DNA from: Candidatus Omnitrophota bacterium
Lineage (GTDB): Bacteria; Omnitrophota; Gorgyraeia; Gygaellales; Profunditerraquicolaceae
Direction of reading: 5' to 3'
NCBI GenBank assembly: GCA_026387455.1
Contig: JAPLLR010000016.1
Span: forward strand, 6,358 to 70,357
Length of the DNA stretch: 64,000 bases
The notes beneath the pieces were generated by a model. It was given only the letters and a program-made list of their open reading frames with translations, did not search any database and was not told where the DNA came from. Of this stretch, positions 53,466 to 63,614 are shown piece by piece (position 1 is the first letter of the stretch; each line of letters opens with the position of its first letter). Both the position numbers and the translations under genes were made by a program.

Positions 53466-54369
53466 AGAATCTGAAAAGCATAATCCAGAAATTCAATAAA
53501 GCCCGGGTTTTAGTAATCGGAGACCTAATTCTTGATGAATATATCTGGGGTTCGGTAGATCGCATCTCTCCTGAAGCTCCCGTACCGGTAGTCTGGGCAA
53601 ATAAGCGTACTAATGCCCCGGGAGGGGCGGCAAACGTGGTACAAAAGGTATTTTAGTCGAGCCTAATAGGCTTACAACGGTAAAGACGCGTATTCTCGCC
53701 GGTCATCAGCAAGTAGTGCGGGTTGATTGGGAGCATAGGCACTCACTCAGCAATGAACTGAATAAAAGAATCACCCGGTTTGTGCGTAAGCACATTAAAG
53801 ATTTTGACGCGGTGATAATCGAGGATTATGGCAAGGGGGTGATCAATAAAGAATTGCTGGAAGAGCTCACGCCCTTGGCGCGTAAATATAAAAAGATCAT
53901 TAATGTCGACCCCAAGGAAGAGCATTTTCAGTATTATTCTAATGTCACTTCGATTACCCCTAATCGCAAAGAGCTGGAAAATGCGGTTAGGAATTTAAAG
54001 ATCAAAGATATGACCAATACCTTTAAGGTCAACACTGACAAGCTGTTTACGAATAAAGATATCGATCTGGCGGCAGGCCAAGTCTTAAAATATTTAGGTT
54101 TGGATTCTATATTGGTCACGCTGGGAGAGCAGGGGATGAAGTTATTTGAGAAGGGCGGACGCGTAGAACATATTCCGACGGTAGCTCAGGAAGTGTTTGA
54201 TGTTTCCGGTGCCGGGGATACGGTAATAAGTACTTTTACTTTGGGGCTATGTGCGGGAGCCAGCAGATCTGAAGCAGCACACATCGCTAATTATGCTGCC
54301 GGCATCGTTGTGGGCAAAGTCGGTACCGCTGCCACTGATAGAATTGAACTTTTAGAGAGGCTGGGTTAA
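53462..54369 (+). pseudogene. rfaE1: heptose-7-phosphate kinase (RfaE1/HldE kinase domain) with internal deletion/frameshift near 53640
   Basis: RISPEAPVP, GGAANV, then frame change; DYGKG, DVSGAGDT in second frame. Confidence 0.75.
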
Positions 54370-54370
54370 T

Positions 54371-55111
54371 ATGGAAGTGATCGGAGTAATTCCGGCGAGG
54401 TATTCCTCGACGCGTTTTGAGGGCAAAGTTTTGGCGGATATCCTGGGTAAACCCATGCTCCAGCACGTATGGGAGCGGGCAAAGCAAGCGCTGGTCCTGG
54501 ATGACCTGATTATTGCCTGCGATAACGAGCTGGTGGCTTCAGTTGCTAAGGGCTTCGGTGCAAAAGTCGTGCTTACCTCCAAGGACCATATCTGTGGTTC
54601 GGACCGTATCATTGAGGTAGTGAACCCGCTGGATGTGAAGATTATCATCAATATTCAGGGCGATGAGCCGCTGGTGCATCCCATGATGATCGACAGCGTT
54701 GCCCAGACGCTTCTAAACGACAAAAAGATAAATATGGCTACACTGATGAAGAAAATCGAGGACCCTAAGGACATTTTGGACCCTAATGTGGTCAAGGTGG
54801 TGGTGGACAAGTTTCACTTTGCAATGTATTTTTCCCGCTCACCTATACCGCATCTAGCCAAGAGTTCTGATTGTCAGGACCCGGTGTATTATAAGCATAT
54901 CGGGCTTTACGGTTACACCAAGGATTTTCTGTTTACTTTTAAGAACCTCCCGGTGTCGAATCTTGAGAGGATAGAGAAGCTTGAGCAGTTGAGAGTTTTG
55001 GAAGAAGGATTCCGTATCAAGGTCATCGAGACTAAGCACGATACTATCGGAGTTGACACTCCGGATGATCTGGAGAAACTTAAGAATTATCTGGGAACGC
55101 ACAGGATATGA
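54371..55111 (+). CDS. kdsB: CMP-KDO synthetase
   Basis: IPARYSSTRF.GK, NIQGDEP, EKLEQLR. Confidence 0.96.
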   Translation: MEVIGVIPARYSSTRFEGKVLADILGKPMLQHVWERAKQALVLDDLIIACDNELVASVAKGFGAKVVLTSKDHICGSDRIIEVVNPLDVKIIINIQGDEPLVHPMMIDSVAQTLLNDKKINMATLMKKIEDPKDILDPNVVKVVVDKFHFAMYFSRSPIPHLAKSSDCQDPVYYKHIGLYGYTKDFLFTFKNLPVSNLERIEKLEQLRVLEEGFRIKVIETKHDTIGVDTPDDLEKLKNYLGTHRI

Positions 55112-55923
55112 TGAAGACCGTTACAGTAGGAAACGTTAAGATTGGCGAAAGAAATCCTCTGGTGCTGATCGCCGGGCCGTGCGCTATCGAATCCGAAAGC
55201 CACAGCCTCCAGATCGGTAGGGCGATTAAAGAGATCGCGGCAAAGTTACACATTCCTTATATTTTTAAATCTAGCTTTGATAAGGCTAACCGGATGTCCA
55301 TTGAATCTTACCGCGGCCCGGGGATAAAAAAGGGCTTAGAGGTTTTAAAGAAAGTAAAACAGAAATTAAAAGTCCCTATACTTACCGATATCCACTGTTC
55401 TAAAGAAATAAACGAGGTAGCCAAGGTAGCGGATATTATCCAGATACCGGCGTTTCTGTGCCGCCAGACAGATATTGTAGTGGCAGCAGCGCGCACGGGA
55501 AAAGTGGTGAATATCAAGAAAGGTCAGTTCTTGGCGCCGTGGGATATTTTGCCAATTATCAAAAAAATTGAATCTACGGGAAACCGGCGGATTCTTTTGA
55601 CTGAGCGGGGCGCAAGCTTTGGCTACAATAATTTAGTAACTGATTTTCGGGCGCTTAAAATAATGCGTGATTTCGGGTATCCGGTGATTTATGATGCCAC
55701 ACATAGCATTCAGACTCCGGGAGGTAAGGGCGGCAGTTCTGGAGGAGAGCGTCAATTCGTCGAGGGGCTTTCCCGGGCAGCAGTGGCTTTTGGCTGCGAC
55801 GGGTTGTTCCTTGAAGTGCATCAGGATCCGGATAAGGCTCCCTGTGACGGGCCTAATATGATTGATCTTATGCAGCTTGATGAGCTTTTGCAGCAGGTGA
55901 AGAAAATCGAGGCAGCGTTATGA
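55108..55923 (+). CDS. kdsA: KDO-8-phosphate synthase
   Basis: AGPC, SFDKANR, PAFLCRQTD, DATHS. Confidence 0.96.
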   Translation: MMKTVTVGNVKIGERNPLVLIAGPCAIESESHSLQIGRAIKEIAAKLHIPYIFKSSFDKANRMSIESYRGPGIKKGLEVLKKVKQKLKVPILTDIHCSKEINEVAKVADIIQIPAFLCRQTDIVVAAARTGKVVNIKKGQFLAPWDILPIIKKIESTGNRRILLTERGASFGYNNLVTDFRALKIMRDFGYPVIYDATHSIQTPGGKGGSSGGERQFVEGLSRAAVAFGCDGLFLEVHQDPDKAPCDGPNMIDLMQLDELLQQVKKIEAAL

Positions 55924-56888
55924 AGACTGATGTTATAAAGCGGGCCAAAGAAGTTTTTGATATCGAGGCGGATGCTATCCGGGCCTTAAAGCCGCGTTTA
56001 GGGAAAGGGTTCCGCAGGGCAATAGATATTTGCTTAAAGACAAAAGGCCGAGTGGTGGTCAGCGGTATGGGTAAGACCGGAATCATTGCCCAAAAGCTTT
56101 CCGCGACCTTAGCTTCAACCGGAACTCCGAGCTTATTTTTGCATACCGCGGAAGCTATTCACGGAGATTTGGGCAAAGTTACGGCTGATGATGCGGTGAT
56201 CGTGATCTCAAACAGCGGCTCTACCGAAGAGATGCGTCAGCTTCTGCCGTTATTAAAGAAGATCGGCTCAAAAGTGATCGCCATGACCGGGAATCTTAAA
56301 TCGGTGCTGGCTAAATATAGCGATGTGGTTTTGGATGTTTCGGTTAAGAAAGAGGCCTGCCCGTTGGGTCTGGCGCCAACGGCGTCGACCACCGCCACTT
56401 TAGCCATGGCTGATGCGTTGGCGGTGTGCTTGCTGGAATGCAAGGGTTTTAAAGAAAAAGATTTTGCTTTTTTTCATCCCGGAGGCACTTTAGGCAGGCG
56501 CTTGCTCTTAAAGGTGGAAGATATTATGCGCCGCGGCACAGCTAATCCAATAGTTAGCGAAAATAAGTTAGTTTCAGACGTTCTTTTAAAGATCACTCAG
56601 GCCCGTGCCGGATCAGCTACGGTGGTGGATGGACATGGTAAATTAACGGGTATATTCACTGACGGAGACTTGCGCCGGCATCTGGAAACCTTTGTTGATT
56701 TGCCAAGGAGAAAAGTTAAAGAAGTGATGACTAAGAATCCTACGGTAGTGGATAAAGAGATGCTGGCTGTGGAGGCTCTTAGGATTTTACGCGAAAAGAA
56801 AATTGACGAGCTACCTGTAGTGGATAAATCCAGGCGGCCGGTGGGGCTTCTGGATGTGCAGGATCTTTTGAAGGCGGGATTGGTATAA
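55920..56888 (+). CDS. kdsD: arabinose-5-phosphate isomerase (KpsF/GutQ)
   Basis: GMGKTG, EAIHGDLG, LAPTAST, CBS pair. Confidence 0.93.
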   Translation: MKTDVIKRAKEVFDIEADAIRALKPRLGKGFRRAIDICLKTKGRVVVSGMGKTGIIAQKLSATLASTGTPSLFLHTAEAIHGDLGKVTADDAVIVISNSGSTEEMRQLLPLLKKIGSKVIAMTGNLKSVLAKYSDVVLDVSVKKEACPLGLAPTASTTATLAMADALAVCLLECKGFKEKDFAFFHPGGTLGRRLLLKVEDIMRRGTANPIVSENKLVSDVLLKITQARAGSATVVDGHGKLTGIFTDGDLRRHLETFVDLPRRKVKEVMTKNPTVVDKEMLAVEALRILREKKIDELPVVDKSRRPVGLLDVQDLLKAGLV

Positions 56889-57431
56889 GTGTTTGAGAAC
56901 GAGATAAAATCAAATCTTAGGGATAAAGCCAGAAAAGTAAAGCTGCTTTTGCTGGATGTGGATGGCGTCCTGACTGACGGTCGGATCATTTATGATTCCC
57001 GCGGCCGCGACTCGAAGTTTTTTGACGTGCATGACGGGCTGGGCGTGTATCTCTTAAAGAAAGCCGGGATACCCACTATTCTGATTACTGCTAAGGGCTC
57101 GCGCGCCATAAAGCCTCGCGCCCGGGATATGCGGGTGGCGGAAGTTTTTTCCGATGTATCTCCTAAATCAGCAGTTTTGGATAAGATTTTAAAGAAATAT
57201 AACGTTATCATCGATGATATCTGTTTTGTGGGTGATGATCTGGTGGATCTATGCATGATGAAAAGGGTTGGGTTTCCTATCGCGGTTTTTAACGCTGCTC
57301 CTGAGATTAAGCAGTCAGCTGCCTATATTACCATAAAAACCGGTGGGCGTGGCGCAGTGCGCGAAGTGGCGGAACTTATTTTAAAGTCGCAGGGCAAGTG
57401 GGAAGAGGTTTTGAAGGGTTATGATATTTAA
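56889..57431 (+). CDS. kdsC: KDO-8-phosphate phosphatase
   Basis: LDVDGVLTDG, GDDLVD, GGRGAVRE. Confidence 0.94.
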   Translation: MFENEIKSNLRDKARKVKLLLLDVDGVLTDGRIIYDSRGRDSKFFDVHDGLGVYLLKKAGIPTILITAKGSRAIKPRARDMRVAEVFSDVSPKSAVLDKILKKYNVIIDDICFVGDDLVDLCMMKRVGFPIAVFNAAPEIKQSAAYITIKTGGRGAVREVAELILKSQGKWEEVLKGYDI

Positions 57432-58407
57432 GCGTTTTATCCTGATTGTAAGTTTTATTTTAAGTGTTTCTTTTGTTTACGCTGCTGATGAGCCTTCCGT
57501 AGTTTCCAGCGTGGATGAGGATGAACCGCCGGCTGCAGCTGCAACTGGTTCCTCTGATGCTCCCTCTGACCAAACTATCAGTGATTTCTCCCTTGCTGGA
57601 TACGGCGAAAAGGGCAAGAAGACCTGGGACCTTGCCGGCAAGACCGCGGATATCTTTGTCGATACTGTAAAACTATCTGACGTGGTGGGGAATCTCTACG
57701 GAAAAGAAGAGGATATCCGGCTTACCGCAGACGAGGGTGATTTTAACAAAGTAAGCGGTAAGGTGCATCTGGAAGATAATGTGGTGATCACCACATCCAG
57801 TGGCACGCGTATGTTTACTAAGTCTCTTGATTGGGACCGCAAGAACCAGCAAGTGACTACTGATGACGTGGTATGTATTAAGCGCGATACCATGGTGGCA
57901 ACTGCTAAGGGCGCCTGGGGAAATCCAACGCTCAAGTCCGTGTCTTTGAAAAAGAATGTGCGCCTGGATATTATGCTGGTCGCAAAAGGGGCACCCGCCA
58001 GCGATAAAGAAAAGATCGTTATTACCTGCGATGGACCGCTGGAAATAGATTACGCGCAAAATGTGGCTAAATTCAGAGATAATGTCAGGGTTGACCGCGA
58101 AGATTCGCAGATATACAGTGATACTTTAGATTTGTATTTTTTGACCGGCGACACTGCTAAGGCCGATTCTCCCGCGGCAAAAGAGGTAACGGGTGCTGCG
58201 GGGATGATGGGTATGGGCAGTAAGATCGATAAGATCGTCTGCCGCGGTCATGTTAAAGTCATCCGCGGCGAGAATGTTTCAAATAGCGAAGAAGCGGTAT
58301 ATTCTGCGGTGGATAATAAGTTAGTGTTAACCGGCCAGCCAAAGCTGCTCATCTACTCGACAAAGGATTTTTCTAATGCACCTGCTGGAAACAAAGGGCC
58401 TTTCTAA
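57421..58407 (+). CDS. LPS export periplasmic protein, apparent LptC-LptA fusion
   Basis: N-terminal signal/TM, two beta-jellyroll-like halves; between kdsC and lptB. Confidence 0.7.
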   Translation: MIFKRFILIVSFILSVSFVYAADEPSVVSSVDEDEPPAAAATGSSDAPSDQTISDFSLAGYGEKGKKTWDLAGKTADIFVDTVKLSDVVGNLYGKEEDIRLTADEGDFNKVSGKVHLEDNVVITTSSGTRMFTKSLDWDRKNQQVTTDDVVCIKRDTMVATAKGAWGNPTLKSVSLKKNVRLDIMLVAKGAPASDKEKIVITCDGPLEIDYAQNVAKFRDNVRVDREDSQIYSDTLDLYFLTGDTAKADSPAAKEVTGAAGMMGMGSKIDKIVCRGHVKVIRGENVSNSEEAVYSAVDNKLVLTGQPKLLIYSTKDFSNAPAGNKGPF

Positions 58408-59098
58408 ATCGTACGACTCTAAAGAAGTCGTCAAGGGCGTAGACATTTTGGTCAAGCGCGGCGAGATCGTCGGACTTTTGGGGCCAAACGGCGCCGGTAA
58501 GACTACCACGTTCTACATGATCGTCGGGATCGTTCCGCCGAATAGCGGAAGGATCATCTTTGATAACCACGATATTACTAACCTGCCTATACATGAGCGT
58601 AGCCGCTACGGCATCGGGTATTTGGCTCAAGAGGCTTCTATTTTCAGGAAGCTTACCGTGCAGGAAAACATTATGGCTATCTTAGAGACTTTGCCTATTA
58701 ATAGGGTGGAGCGCAAGCGCCGGCTGGAAAGTCTGCTTGAGGAGTTGCACATTGCGCATTTGGCAAAACACAAGGCTTTTACTTTGTCCGGGGGCGAGCG
58801 TCGCAGGCTTGAAATCACTCGCGCGCTGGTGACAAATCCATCGTTTATACTTCTGGATGAGCCTTTTTCCGGGATAGACCCGATCGTAGTCAATGAGGCC
58901 CAGCAGATCATCAGAGAATTAAAAGAAAAGGGGTTAGGTATACTCTTGACCGATCACAATGTGCGTGAAACGCTTTCCATCACCGATAGAGCTTATCTGA
59001 TCGCGCACGGAAAGATTTTGATTTCAGGCTCAGCAGATGAACTGATCAATGACCCGCAGGCTCGCCAGTTATATTTAGGTGAGAACTTTAGAATGTAA
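58376..59098 (+). CDS. lptB: LPS export ABC ATPase
   Basis: GPNGAGKTTTFY, LSGGERRRLEI, TDHNVRETL. Confidence 0.96.
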   Translation: MHLLETKGLSKSYDSKEVVKGVDILVKRGEIVGLLGPNGAGKTTTFYMIVGIVPPNSGRIIFDNHDITNLPIHERSRYGIGYLAQEASIFRKLTVQENIMAILETLPINRVERKRRLESLLEELHIAHLAKHKAFTLSGGERRRLEITRALVTNPSFILLDEPFSGIDPIVVNEAQQIIRELKEKGLGILLTDHNVRETLSITDRAYLIAHGKILISGSADELINDPQARQLYLGENFRM

Positions 59099-59231
59099 AT
59101 GAGGCCACAACTTACGCGACTTGCCCCGCAAAGCGGGGCAGGGAGCGTAAGTTGTTTGGCCGAATTTATCCCGAAGCCTGCCTATAAACTTTCAAAGAAA
59201 GTTTTTAGGCGTTTAGGCGAGGGATAAATGA
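59096..59231 (+). repeat. family D repeat whose second arm is a reverse family C hairpin
   Basis: TAAATGAG at both ends; 59170-59224 reverse complement reads CCCTCGCCTAAAC..AGGCTTCGGG. Confidence 0.8.
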
Positions 59232-59259
59232 GCGAGAAGATGAAAGGAAGCAAGCAACA

Positions 59260-60138
59260 ATGAAAACAGAAGTCAAGAAGTTGGATGATTCAAAAAGAGA
59301 GTTGAATATTGAGGTAAGCGGAGAGATGGTCTCTAAGAAATTCGAGGACGCTTTCGCCCAGATCAGTAAAGAGGCAAAGGTTCCCGGATTTCGCTCGGGA
59401 CATGCCCCGCGGGACATGATCGAGAAGCAGTACGGCCCGCACGCCCATGAGCAGGTGCTTAAGGAGTTGGTTCCGGATATCTATAACAAGGCTATCGAAC
59501 AGGAAAAGCTGGATGTCATAGAGATGCCCGAGATCACCGATGTAAAGCTTGATCGCACCACGTTGTCTTTTAAAGCCAAGGTCGAGGTCTCTCCGGAGAT
59601 CAAGCTAGGAAGTTACAAAGGCATCGCCATAAATTATAAAAGAGTGAGCGTCAGCTCCGATGACGTCAAGCGCAGCATTGATTCCATAAAAGAATCCCGC
59701 AAGGCCGAGACTCTTGACGACAGTTTTGCCAAAAGTCTTGGGTATCCCAGCCTAAAAGAGTTTGAGGGCGCTATCGAGAGACAGATTTTCATCAATAAGG
59801 AAAATCAGGAGCACCAGAGGATCGAGTTCGATCTTATTGAGACGCTTTTGAAGAATCTGGATTTTAAGGCTCCCCAGGTATTGATCGGTCGGCAGCTGCA
59901 GGATTTGACCCGACAGGCTAAGGTGGATCTAGCGATGAAAGGCATGCCGCGCGAAAAAATTGAGAGCCAGAACGATACCTTAACCAAAGAGCTTACGCCG
60001 CAGGCAGAAAAGCAGGTGAGGGTATATTTGGTGTTGGCTGAGGTCGCTAAGAAAGAGAATATTTCCTTAGACGATCATATGCCGCGTAAGGTAATCGAGT
60101 TTTTGATGCGCGAAGCGGTGTGGAAAGAAAACGCTTAA
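59260..60138 (+). CDS. tig: trigger factor lacking the PPIase domain
   Basis: PGFR.G ribosome-binding motif; 292 aa; upstream of clpP. Confidence 0.85.
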   Translation: MKTEVKKLDDSKRELNIEVSGEMVSKKFEDAFAQISKEAKVPGFRSGHAPRDMIEKQYGPHAHEQVLKELVPDIYNKAIEQEKLDVIEMPEITDVKLDRTTLSFKAKVEVSPEIKLGSYKGIAINYKRVSVSSDDVKRSIDSIKESRKAETLDDSFAKSLGYPSLKEFEGAIERQIFINKENQEHQRIEFDLIETLLKNLDFKAPQVLIGRQLQDLTRQAKVDLAMKGMPREKIESQNDTLTKELTPQAEKQVRVYLVLAEVAKKENISLDDHMPRKVIEFLMREAVWKENA

Positions 60139-60154
60139 AAAGAATTTTATCAAA

Positions 60155-60197
60155 GCACCTGGCCTTATAGGATAGGCCAGTGTTCCGCATTCTGCGG
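60155..60197 (+). repeat. 43-nt type A element (uninterrupted reference copy)
   Basis: GCACCTGGCC-TTATAGGATA-GGCCAGTG, then CCGCA-TTC-TGCGG before AAGGAGG. Confidence 0.88.
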
Positions 60198-60209
60198 AAG
60201 GAGGGTATA

Positions 60210-60809
60210 GTGACTATCAAAAATCAGTTGTTAGTGCCAATGGTCATCGAGCAGACCAGCCGTGGTTATGAGCGGGCTTATGATATCTATTCCCGGCTGT
60301 TGAAGGACCGCATCGTTTTCATTGGCACCGCCATAGATGATTATGTGGCTAATCTGATCATCGCCCAGATGCTGTTTTTGCAGATGGAAGACGCGGCTAA
60401 GGATATCAACGTTTATATTAATTCTCCGGGCGGCTCAGTTACTGCGGGCCTTGCGATTTATGACACCATGCAGTTTGTCAAATGCGACGTGGCTACCTAT
60501 TGCGTGGGGCAGGCTTCTAGCATGGGCGCGTTGTTGTTGTGCGCCGGAACCAAAGGTAAGCGCCAGAGTTTGCCCAACTCTCGGATCATGATCCACCAGC
60601 CGTGGGGCGGGGTGCAGGGCGCGGCAGAAGATATCTCCCGTCATGCCAAAGAGATCCTTAAGATGCGCGATAGACTCAATGAGATCCTTGCTAAGCATAG
60701 CAGTCAGCCTCTTGAGAAGGTGCAAAAAGATACAGATAGGGATTATTTTATGTCTGCTGTTGAGGCAAAGGAATACGGATTGGTCGATATAGTGATCGCT
60801 GGAAAATAA
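60210..60809 (+). CDS. clpP: ATP-dependent Clp protease proteolytic subunit
   Basis: [27 protein letters not shown]; GTG after AAGGAGG. Confidence 0.96.
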   Translation: MTIKNQLLVPMVIEQTSRGYERAYDIYSRLLKDRIVFIGTAIDDYVANLIIAQMLFLQMEDAAKDINVYINSPGGSVTAGLAIYDTMQFVKCDVATYCVGQASSMGALLLCAGTKGKRQSLPNSRIMIHQPWGGVQGAAEDISRHAKEILKMRDRLNEILAKHSSQPLEKVQKDTDRDYFMSAVEAKEYGLVDIVIAGK

Positions 60810-60838
60810 CTTTAATTCAACTTTTGGGAGGTGCACTT

Positions 60839-61975
60839 ATGAGAAAGAATTATTTACTGACACCAGGGCCCACGCCTTTACCGCCGCAGGTATGCGAAGC
60901 TATGAGCCGGCCTATTATTCATCATCGCACGCCGCAGTTTCAGGCGATATTAAAGGAAGCAAACGAAGGGTTAAAGTATGCTTTTCAGACCCAGAATGAC
61001 GTTTTCATTTTAGCTTCATCAGGAACCGGGGCAATGGAAGCGGCAGTGGCCAATCTTTTGTCAGCGGGTGACACGGCTTTAGTGGTCCAGGCGGGAAAAT
61101 TTGGCGAGCGCTGGACAGAGCTATGCAAGGCTTATGGTGTAACTGCTGAGGTGATCAGCGTGGAATGGGGCAAGGCAGTTGATCCGGCCCAGATCCAGAA
61201 GAGCCTTAAGGCCAATCCTAAGATCAAAGCGGTATTTACTACACTTTGCGAAACCTCGACTGGTGTCGCTACCGATATCGAGGCGATCGGTAAGATTGTC
61301 AAAGATGGTGAAGCAGCCTTAGTGGTGGATGCTATTAGCGGGCTCGGAGCAATTGATCTAAAGTCAGATGCCTGGGGCGTGGATATGGTGGTGTCAGGTT
61401 CGCAAAAAGGGCTGATGCTTCCTCCGGGCTTAGGGTTTATTTCGCTAAGTTCAAAAGCCATGAAGCTGATTGAGGCTTCTAAGTCCCCCAAGTATTATTT
61501 CGATTTGCGTAAAGCCAAAAAAGCCATTGATAAGACCGATACGCCGTTTACTCCGGCGATCACTCTGATTATTGCTTTGGTCGAAGTCTTAAGAATGATG
61601 AAACAGGACGGTTTAGAAAATATTTTCAGCCGTCACAGAAAGATGGCTGATGCCACCCGCGCTGCGGTAAAGGCATTAGGTTTGGTTTTGTTTGCTCCTG
61701 ACGCCGCATCTGACGCGGTCACCGCGGCAGTGGTCCCGCAAGGGCTGGACGGTGAAAAGCTGGTCAAGACCATGCGCGATACCTACGGCGTGACCATTGC
61801 CGGCGGACAGGATGAGATGAAGGGTAAACTCATCCGCATTGCCCATATGGGTTTTATCGAAGAACTGGATATTATTGCCGGAATTTCTTGTTTGGAAAAA
61901 GTCCTTACTCAGATGGGATATAAGTTTCAGCTGGGTGCAGGTGTAAAGGCTGCCGAGGAAGTATTTTTAAAATAA
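60839..61975 (+). CDS. class V aminotransferase (serine/alanine-glyoxylate type; possible SerC substitute)
   Basis: LLTPGPT, SGTGAMEA, GSQKG, RIAHMG; upstream of serA. Confidence 0.88.
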   Translation: MRKNYLLTPGPTPLPPQVCEAMSRPIIHHRTPQFQAILKEANEGLKYAFQTQNDVFILASSGTGAMEAAVANLLSAGDTALVVQAGKFGERWTELCKAYGVTAEVISVEWGKAVDPAQIQKSLKANPKIKAVFTTLCETSTGVATDIEAIGKIVKDGEAALVVDAISGLGAIDLKSDAWGVDMVVSGSQKGLMLPPGLGFISLSSKAMKLIEASKSPKYYFDLRKAKKAIDKTDTPFTPAITLIIALVEVLRMMKQDGLENIFSRHRKMADATRAAVKALGLVLFAPDAASDAVTAAVVPQGLDGEKLVKTMRDTYGVTIAGGQDEMKGKLIRIAHMGFIEELDIIAGISCLEKVLTQMGYKFQLGAGVKAAEEVFLK

Positions 61976-62008
61976 TTTAATCTGATGTTTTGGTGCTAGG
62001 AGGAAAGT

Positions 62009-63595
62009 ATGATTAAAATATTAGTCAGCGATGCTTTATCTGAAGAAGGGTTGAAAGTCCTGCGTGAAATCAAAGAGTTCCAGGTGGACGTTAAGACCGA
62101 TCTTAAGCCCGATGAATTAAAAGCTGTGATCAAGGATTACGATGCCCTTGTGGTAAGGAGTGCTACAAAAGTCACGAAAGAGGTGATCAATGCCGCGGAT
62201 AAGTTGCGTGCCATAGGCCGCGCGGGAGTAGGCTTGGACAATGTGGATTTGGATGCCGCTACTGCCAAAGGCGTGATCGTGATGAATACTCCGGCGGGAA
62301 ATACCATTTCTACGGCAGAACACACCTTTAGTATGATTTTAGCGCTTTCCCGGAATATCCCGCAGGCAAACGCCTCCATGAAAAAAGGGGAATGGAAACG
62401 TTCTAAGTTCATGGGTGTTGAGCTTTATAATAAGGTATTAGGTATTGCCGGTTTCGGCCGCATCGGTTCAGAGGTAGCCAAACGCGCCTTGTCATTCGGG
62501 ATGAAGGTGTTGGCGTATGATCCGTTCTTATCTAAGGAAGTCGCGGAAACCCTGGGCGTAGAAGTCGTAGAATTAAAAGATATCTTTGAGAAAGCGGATT
62601 ACATTACCGTGCACACTCCACTTACAGACGAAACAAGGCATATGATCTCTACCAAGGAATTTGCGATGATGAAGAAAGGCGTGCGCCTGGTCAATTGCGC
62701 GCGCGGAGGGATTATTGATGAGGCAGCCTTGATCGTTGCGGTAAAAGAGGGCAAGGTCGCAGGGGCGGCAATCGATGTCTTTGAGCAGGAGCCGTTGCCC
62801 GCGGATAGCGCATTCGCGACAACGGAAAACATTATTACCACTCCGCATCTGGGGGCTTCTACCGAGGAAGCTCAGGTGAATGTGGCGATTGAGGTGGCGG
62901 AGATCATCCGGGACGCGCTTTTAGGAAGAGGCATACGCAATGCCGCCAATTATCCCTGTCTTAAACCTGAAGAGTGTAAGATCATTGAGCCTTATATAAA
63001 TCTCGCCGAAAAGCTGGGGTCATTTTCCAGCCAGCTGATTGAGGGAAGAATTCAGGAGCTGAATATTAGCTACTTTGGTGAGATAGCCCAGCATGACCTG
63101 TCCCCCGTTACTTTAGCCATCGCCAAAGGGGTATTGAGCCCTATTTTGCAGGAGACAGTGAATTTCATCAATGCGGTGACCCTTGCCAAGGAAAGAGGTA
63201 TAAAGATCAACGAAGTCAAATCCAGCAAGGAAGCGGAGTTTGTTACCCTGATACAGCTTGAAATTAAGACGGATAAGGAGACTAAGAAAGTCTGTGGCAC
63301 GCTTTCAGCAAACAAGCAGCCGCGTATCGTCAAGATCGACGAGTATTACGTGGAATTTTATCCTATCGGTCAGATGCTTTTTGTGCGTAATTGGGATAGG
63401 CCGGGTTTAATCGGAAATCTAGGGAGCCTCATGGGTAAGCACAGTATCAATATCGCTGCCATGACCTTTGGCCGTGATGAGCCGGGGGGAAAAGCCATCA
63501 GCGTTTTGAATATTGATAGCCCCGCAACCGCGGAAGTTATCGAGAAGATCAAAAAGACAGAGAATATCTTAGCCGTAAAAGTGATTAAGACGTAA
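62009..63595 (+). CDS. serA: D-3-phosphoglycerate dehydrogenase
   Basis: RAGVGLDN, NCARGG, PHLGAST, C-terminal ACT domain. Confidence 0.96.
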   Translation: MIKILVSDALSEEGLKVLREIKEFQVDVKTDLKPDELKAVIKDYDALVVRSATKVTKEVINAADKLRAIGRAGVGLDNVDLDAATAKGVIVMNTPAGNTISTAEHTFSMILALSRNIPQANASMKKGEWKRSKFMGVELYNKVLGIAGFGRIGSEVAKRALSFGMKVLAYDPFLSKEVAETLGVEVVELKDIFEKADYITVHTPLTDETRHMISTKEFAMMKKGVRLVNCARGGIIDEAALIVAVKEGKVAGAAIDVFEQEPLPADSAFATTENIITTPHLGASTEEAQVNVAIEVAEIIRDALLGRGIRNAANYPCLKPEECKIIEPYINLAEKLGSFSSQLIEGRIQELNISYFGEIAQHDLSPVTLAIAKGVLSPILQETVNFINAVTLAKERGIKINEVKSSKEAEFVTLIQLEIKTDKETKKVCGTLSANKQPRIVKIDEYYVEFYPIGQMLFVRNWDRPGLIGNLGSLMGKHSINIAAMTFGRDEPGGKAISVLNIDSPATAEVIEKIKKTENILAVKVIKT

Positions 63596-63614
63596 AAGAA
63601 AAGGAAAGTCTACC

